A DNA stretch of 64,000 nucleotides from an uncultured Bdellovibrionales bacterium (GTDB lineage Bacteria > Patescibacteriota > Minisyncoccia > Moranbacterales > UBA1568). Under the pieces are notes generated by a model. That model was not told the origin of the DNA and ran no database searches. It saw only the letters and a list, made by a program, of their open reading frames with translations. The DNA is taken from the NCBI GenBank assembly GCA_964543815.1, contig CAZIZG010000001.1, positions 116,265 to 180,264 on the forward strand, written 5' to 3'. Position 1 is the stretch's first letter, and each line of letters opens with the position of its first letter. This document shows positions 19,297 to 29,052 of this stretch, in pieces. A program made the position numbers and the translations under genes.

Positions 19297-20535
19297 CTAC
19301 TTCTTGAAAAAAGAAACGAGATCACCAAACGATACTTCCTCAGCCTCTGTGGCAGTACGTTTCTTCACCTCGGCCTTGCCAGATTCGAGCGACCGTTTAC
19401 CAATCACCACTCGGTACGGCATCCCGAGGAGGTCACTTTCCGCAAACTTGGCACCCGCTGCTATATCTCGATCATCATAGAGTACTTCAATACCAGCCCG
19501 AATCAACGCTTCATAGACTTCACTTGCTCTCTCATCAGCCCCAAGCGACAAGAGATGAACCTGAAACGGTGCCACTACCTCCGGCCATACCAGACCCTTA
19601 CCATCAGAAAGTATCTCCGCGATTGTCCCCATGACTCGAGCTGGCCCAATCCCGTAACTTCCCATCACCACAGGAGTACTGTTTCCTGTCTCATCTTTGT
19701 ATGTCAGTCCTAACGGCTGAGAAAACTTGGTCCCGAGACTGAAAATATTTCCCACTTCGATTGATTTTTTCTCTTTCAAATTCTCCCGTTGTAGTCCGAG
19801 ATCAGCTAGCACTTCATCGTTCAGTACTTCAACATTGAGTGCCATACCACTCGTCTCGTCCACATAAATCACATCCTCACCCGCATCACTCACCGTTTGA
19901 AATTCTTCGGAGTATTTACTAAAAATTCCTCCGGAAGCAAAAGCTTTATAGGTCACTTCACCGAGTCCAACCCTCTTGAAAATAGTGATGTACGCCTCTC
20001 TCACTGAAGCGTATAGTCTCTCGTGCTCTTCTTGGTTGCGCGCAAACGAGTAAAGGTCCTTCATGATGAACTCCCGTGTGCGCATGATACCACTCTTGGC
20101 TCGAGTTTCATTTCGAAACTTCGTCTGAAATTGGTAGGCTAAAAATGGCAGATCACGATACGAGCTCACATGCTGGGTCATGATATTGGTAATTGGCTCT
20201 TCATGAGTCACTGCTAAACCAAGTTCGCTCCCATTCTTCAGTTTCGTTTTAAACCACACATCAACCTTACTATCATCCCAACGATCAGTCTTTTCCCAGA
20301 GCGTCTTCTCCTGAAGCGAAGCCATGTCCATTTCCTGGCCTCCGATAGCATCCATTTCTTCTCGGATCACCTGCATCACCTTGTTTAGGGTACGTAAACC
20401 AAGGGGCAGATAAGAATACACTCCAGCCATGTCCTTGTGAATGAAGCCAGCCCGAAGCAACAACTGAGCATTCTTACTCACCTCATCACGCGGCGCTTCT
20501 TTTTTCGTCTTAGAAAACAGGTGTGATTGTTTCAT
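19297..20535 (-). CDS. proS: prolyl-tRNA synthetase (short form without editing insertion)
   Basis: MKQSHLFSKTKKEAP...AQLLLRAGFI...YSYLPLGLRTLNKVMQVIREEM class II aaRS core; C-terminal anticodon-binding domain. Confidence 0.85.
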   Translation of the reverse strand: MKQSHLFSKTKKEAPRDEVSKNAQLLLRAGFIHKDMAGVYSYLPLGLRTLNKVMQVIREEMDAIGGQEMDMASLQEKTLWEKTDRWDDSKVDVWFKTKLKNGSELGLAVTHEEPITNIMTQHVSSYRDLPFLAYQFQTKFRNETRAKSGIMRTREFIMKDLYSFARNQEEHERLYASVREAYITIFKRVGLGEVTYKAFASGGIFSKYSEEFQTVSDAGEDVIYVDETSGMALNVEVLNDEVLADLGLQRENLKEKKSIEVGNIFSLGTKFSQPLGLTYKDETGNSTPVVMGSYGIGPARVMGTIAEILSDGKGLVWPEVVAPFQVHLLSLGADERASEVYEALIRAGIEVLYDDRDIAAGAKFAESDLLGMPYRVVIGKRSLESGKAEVKKRTATEAEEVSFGDLVSFFKK

Positions 20536-20607
20536 ACTATAAGCCTAATTTTCTTTTATAATAGCCGAAAAATGGCTTTCCGTCAAAGTAAAGAGTCCTT
20601 TTTATTA

Positions 20608-20636
20608 TTGACAAAAATCTATTTTAGGTGTATAAT
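20608..20636 (+). promoter_or_regulatory. consensus sigma70 promoter TTGACA-17-TATAAT
   Basis: exact consensus hexamers with 17-nt spacer, about 85 nt upstream of ATG 20722. Confidence 0.6.
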
Positions 20637-20643
20637 ACTATTT

Positions 20644-20658
20644 CTATCATAGTGATAG
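20644..20658. promoter_or_regulatory. palindromic operator candidate CTATCA-tag-TGATAG
   Basis: perfect 6-3-6 inverted repeat starting 8 nt after the -10 hexamer. Confidence 0.4.
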
Positions 20659-20721
20659 AACTGTTGGTAGCGCAGGTATGCTACTTAGCCTATTCTTTGG
20701 GCTATAGAGCTTGGAGCAGTC

Positions 20722-21423
20722 ATGAACCTTAACATCAGCGTCACGTCAGCAAGAACCCAAAAAGAAGCTTCAGTCAAGTGGATTCAGCCCACAGGGCCGG
20801 AGCTCAAGCAGGGTTCAAAGCAACGTCATCGCGCCACCTGGTCAGTCACGCTCGACAAACTCGAGAGTGAGATCATACGTATTTGGGGCGCCCCCCTGTT
20901 CCATGGCGAAATCGAAAATCCCCACGCCGAGGAAATAGGCGTAGAGTTCAACGACGTTCTCTGCAAGAGTGTCTGCGGTATCGGTATGGGAGCCGCCTAT
21001 AGGGTCATAATGACTCAGCCAGACAATCCCATCCACAGCGACCTCTTTCAGTTCCGTCTCAATGCCAATCTGATGAACGGTCGCCGTTCAATCATGGTGA
21101 GCATCGACAAGCCCCACATCAATGAGCAGAACCTGGAATTCTTCCTGCGACTCCTCAAGATCTGCATGAAGGAATTCTATCGAAAGGGCAATAAACAACA
21201 CGTCGGGGCATATTTCAACAGTCGTAAGGGTATCGGACACGCAAAGCGCCGCTACCTGCTCTGGCTGGGAGCTCAGGGACAACTCGATGCCGGCACCAGG
21301 GCGCTCTGGAGCAATTACCACGCTTTAGAGATCAAATACAACCTGACGGCTGGGACGTACAAGGGAGCTAATAGCGCCTGGCAACGTCTAATCGCAGTCG
21401 AACAAGCTTTGCAGAAGATCTGA
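20722..21423 (+). CDS. hypothetical protein (233 aa), moderately GC-rich
   Basis: GGAG 7 nt upstream; own promoter and terminator; no recognized motif. Confidence 0.5.
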   Translation: MNLNISVTSARTQKEASVKWIQPTGPELKQGSKQRHRATWSVTLDKLESEIIRIWGAPLFHGEIENPHAEEIGVEFNDVLCKSVCGIGMGAAYRVIMTQPDNPIHSDLFQFRLNANLMNGRRSIMVSIDKPHINEQNLEFFLRLLKICMKEFYRKGNKQHVGAYFNSRKGIGHAKRRYLLWLGAQGQLDAGTRALWSNYHALEIKYNLTAGTYKGANSAWQRLIAVEQALQKI

Positions 21424-21446
21424 CCCTGGGCGCTTAGCCGCTCATC

Positions 21447-21506
21447 ACCCGCCGCACGGCTTTAGGGAACCCCCTACTTGTTGTACAGGCGGGTTTTCTA
21501 TTTTTC
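21447..21506 (+). terminator. Rho-independent terminator (long-loop hairpin ACCCGCC...GGCGGGT + TTTCTATTTTTC)
   Basis: 7-bp GC stem closing a structured loop, then U-tract. Confidence 0.45.
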
Positions 21507-21548
21507 AAAAACTTTATTTGGAGGTATTATTCGAAATAGCTAATTCTT

Positions 21549-21887
21549 ATGATAATAGTTATGGTCTTTGAACAAGGGGGTTTCGGGAATCAAAAAGAAG
21601 TAGTCGGGGACGAAAAGAACGTTTCTGCTTTTGTTGAAAGAAATGCAGTAGCGATAAAAGAAAGATTATCTGCCATGACCCCCACAGAGCTCACAGCCTT
21701 TTTTGAAGCTATAATGCTCTGTGGATGGGATGCCTCTGGCGAGGGAGGTAATGGCGAAACAAGTGATGAAAAAAGATTTCCTCAAGACGAAAGGAGCGAC
21801 GGCAGTTATGGGGCAACTGGTTTGAAATTTGGCGAAAATCCCCTAGTAGTAGAAAGAATGAAAAAATTACTTGGTCTAGAAAAATAA
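21549..21887 (+). CDS. hypothetical small protein (112 aa)
   Basis: ORF only; acidic, Gly-rich; no support beyond frame. Confidence 0.25.
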   Translation: MIIVMVFEQGGFGNQKEVVGDEKNVSAFVERNAVAIKERLSAMTPTELTAFFEAIMLCGWDASGEGGNGETSDEKRFPQDERSDGSYGATGLKFGENPLVVERMKKLLGLEK

Positions 21888-21905
21888 TAGTTAGTAAGCT
21901 ATTTC

Positions 21906-23351
21906 ATGCCCGAATCAGACAGGCAAACAAACAAAAACCAAGAACACGAGATACTGGCCCGCGAGGCACTCGCACATCCTGAACTCTTTGAGCGTCGGAC
22001 GTATCTCGAAGATGCTTCGCTTCTTCATGAATTCGGCATCAGCATTCCTGGTAAGGAGTCCTTCGCTTCGGGCTATCTCAAACTCTGGCCTGGGGATTTT
22101 ATCGTGGAGGAAGTCAGTCCCGAAGGTGAAATAGCGACGGTCACAAGAGAAAATATCCTCACTCCCGAGACAGAACTCTCCTACGCTCCGACTATCTACG
22201 CCACCCTCGTCAAATGCGGCATCTCTACGATTGAGGCCATCGATGACATGGTGGCACAACTAGGCTGTGAAAGAACCGCTATCGGCTATGCTGGCATCAA
22301 AGATCGTGACGCTCTCACTGCCCAACGCATTTCTTTTCGAAAAGTTACTCCACAAAAGCTTAAGGCTCTTACCTCGCCCTATTTTTTCCTCAAAGATGTC
22401 ACCGAAGGCAAGGGAGCGGTAGCAACTGGCGGACTCAGGGGGAATCGTTTCACGCTTCTCATTCGGACCAATCAACAATTTTTTCAGAAACACACCCTCG
22501 ATGCCTTCGCCCACAATCTCACAACTCTGCGTGATTCTGGATTCACCAATTTCTTTTATCTGCAACGCTTCGGTACTCCCCGTCTCCGAAATTATGTCTG
22601 GGGACTCTCTCTTCTGCGAGGTGCCTATGAAGAAGCCGTGTATGATGTCTTGACGTACCAAGCCCCCCGCGAACTCACCTACTTCAAACAGCTTCGTGAA
22701 AAATGCGGCACCCTCTGGGGTCGCTGGAATGAAATTGAGACACTCATCAGTCCGTTTCCGATTATCTTTCGTCATGAGTTGCGTCTCGTTCGTTACCTCC
22801 AAGTTCATCCCAATGATTACAGCGGGGCACTGGCGGAACTCTCAGACCAAATAGTGCTGTGGGTCTATGCCCTGGCTTCACGCTACTATAACGAAACTCT
22901 CTCCGGATATCTCAAAAGAGGTGAGACGCCTCCAAAAAACCTCCCGCTCTTTCTTGGTTTCAACAAAAAAAGCTGGGGGCCCTATGAGGAGGTACTGCGC
23001 CGCGACGGTATCTTCCCGCCACCCTTTGATAATCTAAAACCTTTCCCCTTTCTCCAAATTCGTGAACGTACCCTTCCCTGTACTGACCGTCCAAATCTCT
23101 CTGGTATACAGGTATGTGACCAGGGCGTCATCCTGTCGTTTGAACTCGGCAAAGGTCAGTACGCCACCACTTTCCTCTCGCATCTCATCAATCTCCTCAC
23201 TGGCAAACCACCGGAAACCCTTCGAACGGAACAAGTTGATACCCGCGCTCTCCTCGGTGAACCCGGCAATGCCGAAACCATCGCCTATTTCGCCCCCATC
23301 ATTCGTTCCAAACTGGAAACCGAACAAGAATTCGGGGAAATCAAGGAATAG
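21906..23351 (+). CDS. truD: tRNA pseudouridine(13) synthase TruD-like
   Basis: LKLWPGDFIVEEVSPEG, GYAGIKDRDALTAQRISF, NFFYLQRFG match TruD signature blocks (PEDFVVVE, FAGQKDKHAVT, NYFGAQRFG). Confidence 0.65.
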   Translation: MPESDRQTNKNQEHEILAREALAHPELFERRTYLEDASLLHEFGISIPGKESFASGYLKLWPGDFIVEEVSPEGEIATVTRENILTPETELSYAPTIYATLVKCGISTIEAIDDMVAQLGCERTAIGYAGIKDRDALTAQRISFRKVTPQKLKALTSPYFFLKDVTEGKGAVATGGLRGNRFTLLIRTNQQFFQKHTLDAFAHNLTTLRDSGFTNFFYLQRFGTPRLRNYVWGLSLLRGAYEEAVYDVLTYQAPRELTYFKQLREKCGTLWGRWNEIETLISPFPIIFRHELRLVRYLQVHPNDYSGALAELSDQIVLWVYALASRYYNETLSGYLKRGETPPKNLPLFLGFNKKSWGPYEEVLRRDGIFPPPFDNLKPFPFLQIRERTLPCTDRPNLSGIQVCDQGVILSFELGKGQYATTFLSHLINLLTGKPPETLRTEQVDTRALLGEPGNAETIAYFAPIIRSKLETEQEFGEIKE

Positions 23352-23369
23352 TATCTTCAGACAAATTTA

Positions 23370-23402
23370 AACGGGTACCACTCTATTGGAGTGATACCCG
23401 TT
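23370..23402. terminator. 14-bp hairpin (one mismatch), probable bidirectional terminator
   Basis: AACGGGTAcCACTC-tattg-GAGTGaTACCCGTT between the convergent truD and 23435..24004. Confidence 0.5.
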
Positions 23403-23434
23403 CGTTTGGCCCCGCACTGCGGGACGTTCGTTCC

Positions 23435-24004
23435 TCAGGCCGCCTTGGGTTCAGCCTCGATGAGGACGAAAGTGCCTTCACGTACCACGGCCAGATACTT
23501 CGGCGGGTCTTCACTCGGCGAAGTAAAGTTGACTGTGATGGGACCATCCTGGTTCCACCACGTGCTGTCGTTCCAGCTGAAGCGGTTCGACAGAACAACG
23601 ATGGCGTCCCGCACTGGCCGCGAAAGCTCCAAGATTTCCTCCGGGTTGGGAGCGGCCTTGTAGACGAGTTGGACCACGTTTTGCGTGTCCCTTCCGATGA
23701 GCTTGGCCATGTGCTTGTCCGTGATTTCCTGTTCCCACTGGCCGATGTCCACCAGTTTCCACTGGTGGCCTTCGGCATTGGCGATGCCGAGACGGAGCAG
23801 CTTGGGGCTGACACCGCTCTGCCTGATGAGGCATTCTCCGGTGTCCTGTCTCTTCCCACGGACAGTCTTGAATTTGCCGCGGTAACCGAGGTCAGGGATA
23901 CCGCTAGGCACCGAATTACCCTGAAAGAAGAACTTGACGATCACGATACCGTTTGACTCATCGAGCCCCAGCGGAGACTTATCGTTCGCGTAGCTTGTTG
24001 CCAT
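23435..24004 (-). CDS. hypothetical protein (189 aa) in high-GC islet
   Basis: AAGGAGG upstream of the MATSYAND start; region has at least 5 overlapping stop-free frames (GC-rich); no motif. Confidence 0.45.
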   Translation of the reverse strand: MATSYANDKSPLGLDESNGIVIVKFFFQGNSVPSGIPDLGYRGKFKTVRGKRQDTGECLIRQSGVSPKLLRLGIANAEGHQWKLVDIGQWEQEITDKHMAKLIGRDTQNVVQLVYKAAPNPEEILELSRPVRDAIVVLSNRFSWNDSTWWNQDGPITVNFTSPSEDPPKYLAVVREGTFVLIEAEPKAA

Positions 24005-24155
24005 GATGCCTCCTTGGCGTTAGGCGTTGTGGATTGTGAAGGAAAGCTGTGACACTATCCCTCGTGGATGATGCCGTCGGAATTTCATTCCAACGTATCA
24101 GTATAGCACCTTTTGACATAAAAGTCAAGGTAAAGTGCTTAATAATGACTATTTT

Positions 24156-24182
24156 AAAGCAAAAAAGACTCTCTTGAGTCTT
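24156..24182 (-). terminator. Rho-independent terminator after the HtrA-like gene
   Basis: AAGACTC-tctt-GAGTCTT with U-tract on the minus strand. Confidence 0.5.
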
Positions 24183-24219
24183 TACTTTGATAGTATTTTC
24201 AAGAATCGAAAACCCCGAA

Positions 24220-25449
24220 TTACAATTTTACTTCTACAGTACGCTCCTCTCCTCCACGCAAGATGCGGAGATTGAGAGTGTCGCCTTGATTGAAACGACT
24301 GATGAGTTCGGAGAGTGGATTGTCGAGGTTCACCTCACTATCATTGACGGCTGTGATGATATCCCCGGCCAAAATCCCCGCCTTCATGGCTGGAGAATCA
24401 GCGATGAGCGCCAGTCCGGTACTGCCAGAACGAGAGTACACGAGCGCCCCGCGATCACGTGACAGTCCCCGGCCAAGTGCCAGAGCTTTGGTGATAGAGA
24501 GGTAGTAAACTCCAAGCGTTGGACGCTTCTCGAGAGTACCACTCGTCACATGATTAAACGCATCCCGAACGACATTTGAAGGAATGAGGAACGACTGAAG
24601 CGTATTGTTGATAGTGAGGGTACCCACGAGTCCTACCATTTCCCCATTCCATCCTACAACTGGCCCACCTACAAAAGCTTCTGGTTCAGCCAATCCCATT
24701 TCAAAAACACCTTCCCATTTTTCTGAAGAGGCCACCGTCTTACCAGAAAGGTTGAAAATACGGTTAACGTTGGTGAGGATATCGACAGAAAGGCGATTCT
24801 GGTATTCAGCAAAGGTATTACCAATAGCAATGAGCTTCTTTCCCACACGGGCATCATCGGAATTGGCCAGCGCAATAGCTGGAGTATTAGTAGCGTCACT
24901 CACTCGGAAAAAAGACAGATTGGTCAGTACGTCCCGGCCGACAAAGGCAGCCTCATGTATCGATCCATCAAAGAGTAAAATTGAATACCGGGTCTTTTGC
25001 GTATCAAACGGTAACTCACTATAAGTCACGACTAATCCATCATTGGTCATGAGCACTCCCGTAGTAGTTACCACCGTCTCTGCAGCCGCCCCCAGAGTGG
25101 CCGTATTCCCCTTTACATCCTTTGATTCTGATGGCAGGGCTACGATATTGACCACAGCGGTCGCTGGCTGTGAAACAATTTTTTCTACCGTATCGTCTTC
25201 GCGCACCACCACCTGTTCGGTCTTGTTGATAACCGTCACGTGCTCAGCTGCTTGTTTAAAAAAGTCCCACTGCGATAGATGCTTATTGGCTGCCAGGCGA
25301 GGCACAACAGAGCGCTCAAAAAACACTCCGCCCACACCTCCTAAAATGAGGATAATGGCAGCTAAAAAGGTAAAGAGGATGGCCTTTTTGATGAGAAATG
25401 ATGTCATAGAGAGCGCTCTCTTTGTATCACATTTTTCCATTTCTGGCAA
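24220..25449 (-). CDS. HtrA/DegP-like trypsin-fold + PDZ protein, predicted catalytically inactive
   Basis: 409 aa; N-terminal TM; PDZ GILAGDIITAVNDSEV; expected TNxHV His region reads MTNDGLVV and the GNSGGP Ser region reads AFVGGPVVG (catalytic His and Ser absent). Confidence 0.6.
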   Translation of the reverse strand: MPEMEKCDTKRALSMTSFLIKKAILFTFLAAIILILGGVGGVFFERSVVPRLAANKHLSQWDFFKQAAEHVTVINKTEQVVVREDDTVEKIVSQPATAVVNIVALPSESKDVKGNTATLGAAAETVVTTTGVLMTNDGLVVTYSELPFDTQKTRYSILLFDGSIHEAAFVGRDVLTNLSFFRVSDATNTPAIALANSDDARVGKKLIAIGNTFAEYQNRLSVDILTNVNRIFNLSGKTVASSEKWEGVFEMGLAEPEAFVGGPVVGWNGEMVGLVGTLTINNTLQSFLIPSNVVRDAFNHVTSGTLEKRPTLGVYYLSITKALALGRGLSRDRGALVYSRSGSTGLALIADSPAMKAGILAGDIITAVNDSEVNLDNPLSELISRFNQGDTLNLRILRGGEERTVEVKL

Positions 25450-25451
25450 CC

Positions 25452-26207
25452 CTACACCAGAATTCGCCAGGGCGAACTCAGGAGAAGAAGGAAGATAATC
25501 CCCAGAAAAAACAAGATGCGCAGGGCGGCCTTACGTAGCGAAAGCGTCTCACGAAAAGCATCGAATGAGATATCCCAGATGATAAAATAACAAACTATCC
25601 CAAGGGCCCCGGTTGTGAGATAGCCAAAGGGCCAGAGACTCATCACCCACACCATTTCACCCATGATAAGTCCGAGGAGCGCACTGTAAAGTATCACTCG
25701 GCGACGTTGTTTCTCGTCAACACTCATGAACGTCTCATAGCTCGTCAAAGCTGTACCAAGGAAATAGAGAAGCATCAGTCCCCAGAGAGGAAAGGAGAAG
25801 TTAAGATAGAACCCATACAGTCCAGCGTAGTAAAAGAACATAGCGGCCATGGCAGCCGTGTTAAGGAAGGCTTCGGCAGTTTTATCGGTTGGGGCATGAC
25901 GCAGCCGGTAGTTTCCAAGAAGAGCGAAGTAGTACATGGCAGCACAGAGCACCACGAACACCTGCTGTTTGCCGGGACTATCGATGAGTGATAGGAGCGT
26001 CGGAGCTGAGAGTGACAACAAAATAGGGATGAAAGCATCCGCAAAACGCTCCGTCAGGCGCCGACTGGCCACGAGAGAAATGACAACAAGTGGACCAATG
26101 GCAAGCAAATACCAACTCCACGAGGCCAAGATAGAGCTTTGTGACACCAATTCCAAGCCGACACCAAAAACAATACTGAAGAAGAGGACTGTGAAGTGAA
26201 AAATCAT
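25452..26207 (-). CDS. hypothetical polytopic membrane protein (251 aa)
   Basis: about 7 hydrophobic helices; sits between the two HtrA paralogs. Confidence 0.5.
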   Translation of the reverse strand: MIFHFTVLFFSIVFGVGLELVSQSSILASWSWYLLAIGPLVVISLVASRRLTERFADAFIPILLSLSAPTLLSLIDSPGKQQVFVVLCAAMYYFALLGNYRLRHAPTDKTAEAFLNTAAMAAMFFYYAGLYGFYLNFSFPLWGLMLLYFLGTALTSYETFMSVDEKQRRRVILYSALLGLIMGEMVWVMSLWPFGYLTTGALGIVCYFIIWDISFDAFRETLSLRKAALRILFFLGIIFLLLLSSPWRILV

Positions 26208-26238
26208 GATTTCCCTTTTCTTATCGTTACCTTCTCAT

Positions 26239-27567
26239 TTACTGGCGCTCCTCCAAACGAACCCTGACATCCTTAATATCACCTTTATGCCAAAGCTTGA
26301 GAGTAATTTCGTCGCCAACACTGTGTTGACCCATGTAGTACATAAGACCGTGATTCTCATCTACCTGCTTACCATCAATCTCTAAGATAATGTCGTTTTC
26401 AACAATACCCGCCTTGTCGGCCGGTGATCCTGGTACTACCGCAAAATCGGTAAGCGTATCACCCCTTAGCACGAGCGCTCCGTAATTGAATGGCAAACTA
26501 GTTTTTTTCTTCAAATCATCATTGAGCGTAATCGAACGAACCCCGAGATACGGAAAGGAAATTTTACCAGTTGTTTTGACCTGCTCCACGATACGCTTGA
26601 CCTGATTGATTGGAAGTGAAAATCCAATACTTTCTGCGCCTTGGGCCATAGCAACATTTACCCCAATCACCTCACCGGAGAGGTCAAAAAGTGGCCCGCC
26701 CGAATTACCAGGATTAATCGCTGCATCAATCTGAATGATATCAGAGAGGTGCTCCGAATCGCCCGAACCAGAACCCGCATTGAGACTTCGTTTCAGCCCT
26801 GATACAATCCCCCGGCTCACTGAATTTTCAAATTCACCGAGTGGATTCCCGATAGCAATAATCGTTTCTCCTGCCCGCACCTGGTCAGAGTCACCCAGCA
26901 CGAGAGCTGGATATCCACTTCCCTCAATCTTGATGACAGCGATATCATTACTCGGATCACGAGCTAAAACTTTGGCTTGATGTTCAGATTTATCACTCAG
27001 AATAACCGTGTATTCCGCCTGTTCATCAGACACAACGTGTTTATTGGTAACAATAAGACCGTCCGTCGAAACAAAAAACCCCGAACCACTCCCTACTTTC
27101 TGTCTTTCTGTTTCTTGTGGAAGGTTTCGTGATTGATCAGAACCAAACGGACTAAAGAATGGGAAACCAAAAGGGTTATTGAAATAATTTCTCACCTTGG
27201 GAACATCCTTACTGATGACGATACTGACCACGCCCGGTGAGTTTTTTTCTACTAAATCAGCCACCACATTTTCCTCGGCCATGACACGCACCTGCTCTGT
27301 CTTGAGCGAAGAGTCAGTACCCATACCAAGAAAGGTAATTTGCTCAGCAAAAAGACGCTCAATCCGCGGTGCCATAAACCCTCCGAAAAATCCCGTAATG
27401 AGCATGAGACAAAGGAGAGCGAAAGCCCGTACTCGCCCATATCGCCGTTCACCACGACCACAGGCGGCACACTGACACCGTGATACTGTGGGATTCTTCG
27501 TTTGTGTTTCAATAGTTTCTTTTTCCAGTGTATCCATAATTTTGTTGTTAACAATGATACCTCCCAT
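26239..27567 (-). CDS. HtrA/DegP family serine protease with PDZ domain (active-site residues intact)
   Basis: GNSGGPLFDLSGEVIGVN, TNKHVV, DIAVIKI; N-terminal CQCAACG motif then a TM helix. Confidence 0.8.
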   Translation of the reverse strand: MGGIIVNNKIMDTLEKETIETQTKNPTVSRCQCAACGRGERRYGRVRAFALLCLMLITGFFGGFMAPRIERLFAEQITFLGMGTDSSLKTEQVRVMAEENVVADLVEKNSPGVVSIVISKDVPKVRNYFNNPFGFPFFSPFGSDQSRNLPQETERQKVGSGSGFFVSTDGLIVTNKHVVSDEQAEYTVILSDKSEHQAKVLARDPSNDIAVIKIEGSGYPALVLGDSDQVRAGETIIAIGNPLGEFENSVSRGIVSGLKRSLNAGSGSGDSEHLSDIIQIDAAINPGNSGGPLFDLSGEVIGVNVAMAQGAESIGFSLPINQVKRIVEQVKTTGKISFPYLGVRSITLNDDLKKKTSLPFNYGALVLRGDTLTDFAVVPGSPADKAGIVENDIILEIDGKQVDENHGLMYYMGQHSVGDEITLKLWHKGDIKDVRVRLEERQ

Positions 27568-27595
27568 CTTCAGAACAGCAACTGTACCTCACTTC

Positions 27596-28654
27596 CTAAA
27601 AGGAAAATGCCGCATCGCCACCAGTCTTTTTCAAGAGCTCCTCTTCATACTGACGCCATTCCGCCTTCCGAAATTCAGCCCGAGCGCTGGTATTATTCCA
27701 CTGGTAATCTAGGTCAAGCACTTTGATAGAAAGTGTCTTCATCTGATCAGACAGCCAATCAGCAAACGTATTTTTACGGGCAAAAATCTGCTTGATGCGA
27801 TAGAGCTGAGCGCTCTTTTCTTTCTTCACCTCCTGAACCAGAACGATATGAAATCCGAGGCTACTTTCAATCACGCTCCCTGGAGCACCGACTTTTTGCG
27901 CCACCACAGGATTGCGCAATTCCGGGGCAAGATCCTCAATAGAAAACCAGCCTAAATCACCGCCTTTGTCAGCAGTCTGGCCCTCAGAATACTGCTTAAC
28001 GACGGACTCGAAAGCCTCGCCATTCCGTAGGGCCTCAGCCGCTTCTTCGATACGTTTCTTGGCCTTTGTCACGGGGTCCACTTCTTTGAGAAAGGCTTCA
28101 TTTAATTTCTCCTGGTACAAACTTGGGAGTACTACTTTTTCTTCAAAATCGGCCATCTTCCAGCCATACAATCGATCGAGATTACCCTCTACTGTCTTGC
28201 TATCACCATATTCTTCTAGCTTACGCGCGACTCCCTGGCGAGCTGTTTCTGGACTGACAAAAATATCTCGTTTCTTAGCCAGTACGACAATAGCCTCATC
28301 CTCAATCATTTTATTCAAAATCTCCTTCTCCCGTACCTTGAGACGCTTCTGGCCATCCTCAGTAGTAAAGTCTACACGCAGACCAACCTTGGAAAAATCC
28401 TGATTCTCATAAAATCGCTTCACAGACTGCACGTTCTGTGAAAGCTCATGAAAAGAAAACATACCTCGATACCCGACAACTACGGCCGGATACGGGACCC
28501 GATTCACAAACGATTGTACTAAGTGGCTGGTACGCGGAACAAAATAGGTCACAATAAGAGACATTGCTACCACAAGCACTAAGAGAGCAGCGCAACCATA
28601 CAACATGGTAGACCAACGTATTTTTTTAATCGTATCTGTCATAAGCACCATCAA
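27596..28654 (-). CDS. parvulin-type peptidyl-prolyl isomerase (PrsA/SurA-like), membrane-anchored
   Basis: PpiC domain ...DLGWFSIEDLAPELRNPVVAQKVG...SSLGFHIVLV; N-terminal TM helix. Confidence 0.75.
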   Translation of the reverse strand: MMVLMTDTIKKIRWSTMLYGCAALLVLVVAMSLIVTYFVPRTSHLVQSFVNRVPYPAVVVGYRGMFSFHELSQNVQSVKRFYENQDFSKVGLRVDFTTEDGQKRLKVREKEILNKMIEDEAIVVLAKKRDIFVSPETARQGVARKLEEYGDSKTVEGNLDRLYGWKMADFEEKVVLPSLYQEKLNEAFLKEVDPVTKAKKRIEEAAEALRNGEAFESVVKQYSEGQTADKGGDLGWFSIEDLAPELRNPVVAQKVGAPGSVIESSLGFHIVLVQEVKKEKSAQLYRIKQIFARKNTFADWLSDQMKTLSIKVLDLDYQWNNTSARAEFRKAEWRQYEEELLKKTGGDAAFSF

Positions 28655-29052
28655 TTATCATGATTTTCAAAAAAGAGCCTCCACCATTTCTCTCCGTTCG
28701 AAACACTGTCGCGACCACCAACAACCACTGCCGACTTTGGACTCTCAACTACAGACACGTCCGTATTTTCCGGTCGTGGCTTGATAACGACAACCTGCTC
28801 CTCTTTTTTTTTCATTCCAAGTTTCTCTTTTGCCTCCTGCTCACGAAAGTCAACTGACGAGAAATAGCCAATTTTTTCACTCAGGGTTTCGTTTTCTCTT
28901 CGTATCCTTTCGGCCTCCTCTTGAAGTTCCGCCACTTCATTCTGAATCCGTTCATTACGGGTCATTTGTTTGGAGGAGACATATACCGCCCACGAAACCA
29001 GCGCTATAATCCCTACCCCCCCGATGCGAATCCAGTATTTCTGTGCCACCAT
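28651..29052 (-). CDS. FtsB/DivIC-like septum formation initiator
   Basis: 133 aa; N-terminal TM then coiled coil NEVAELQEEAERIRRENETLSEKIGYF. Confidence 0.55.
   Translation of the reverse strand: MVAQKYWIRIGGVGIIALVSWAVYVSSKQMTRNERIQNEVAELQEEAERIRRENETLSEKIGYFSSVDFREQEAKEKLGMKKKEEQVVVIKPRPENTDVSVVESPKSAVVVGGRDSVSNGEKWWRLFFENHDN

Noticed and set aside
22260-22808. 182-aa minus-strand ORF
   Set aside because: Antisense inside truD.
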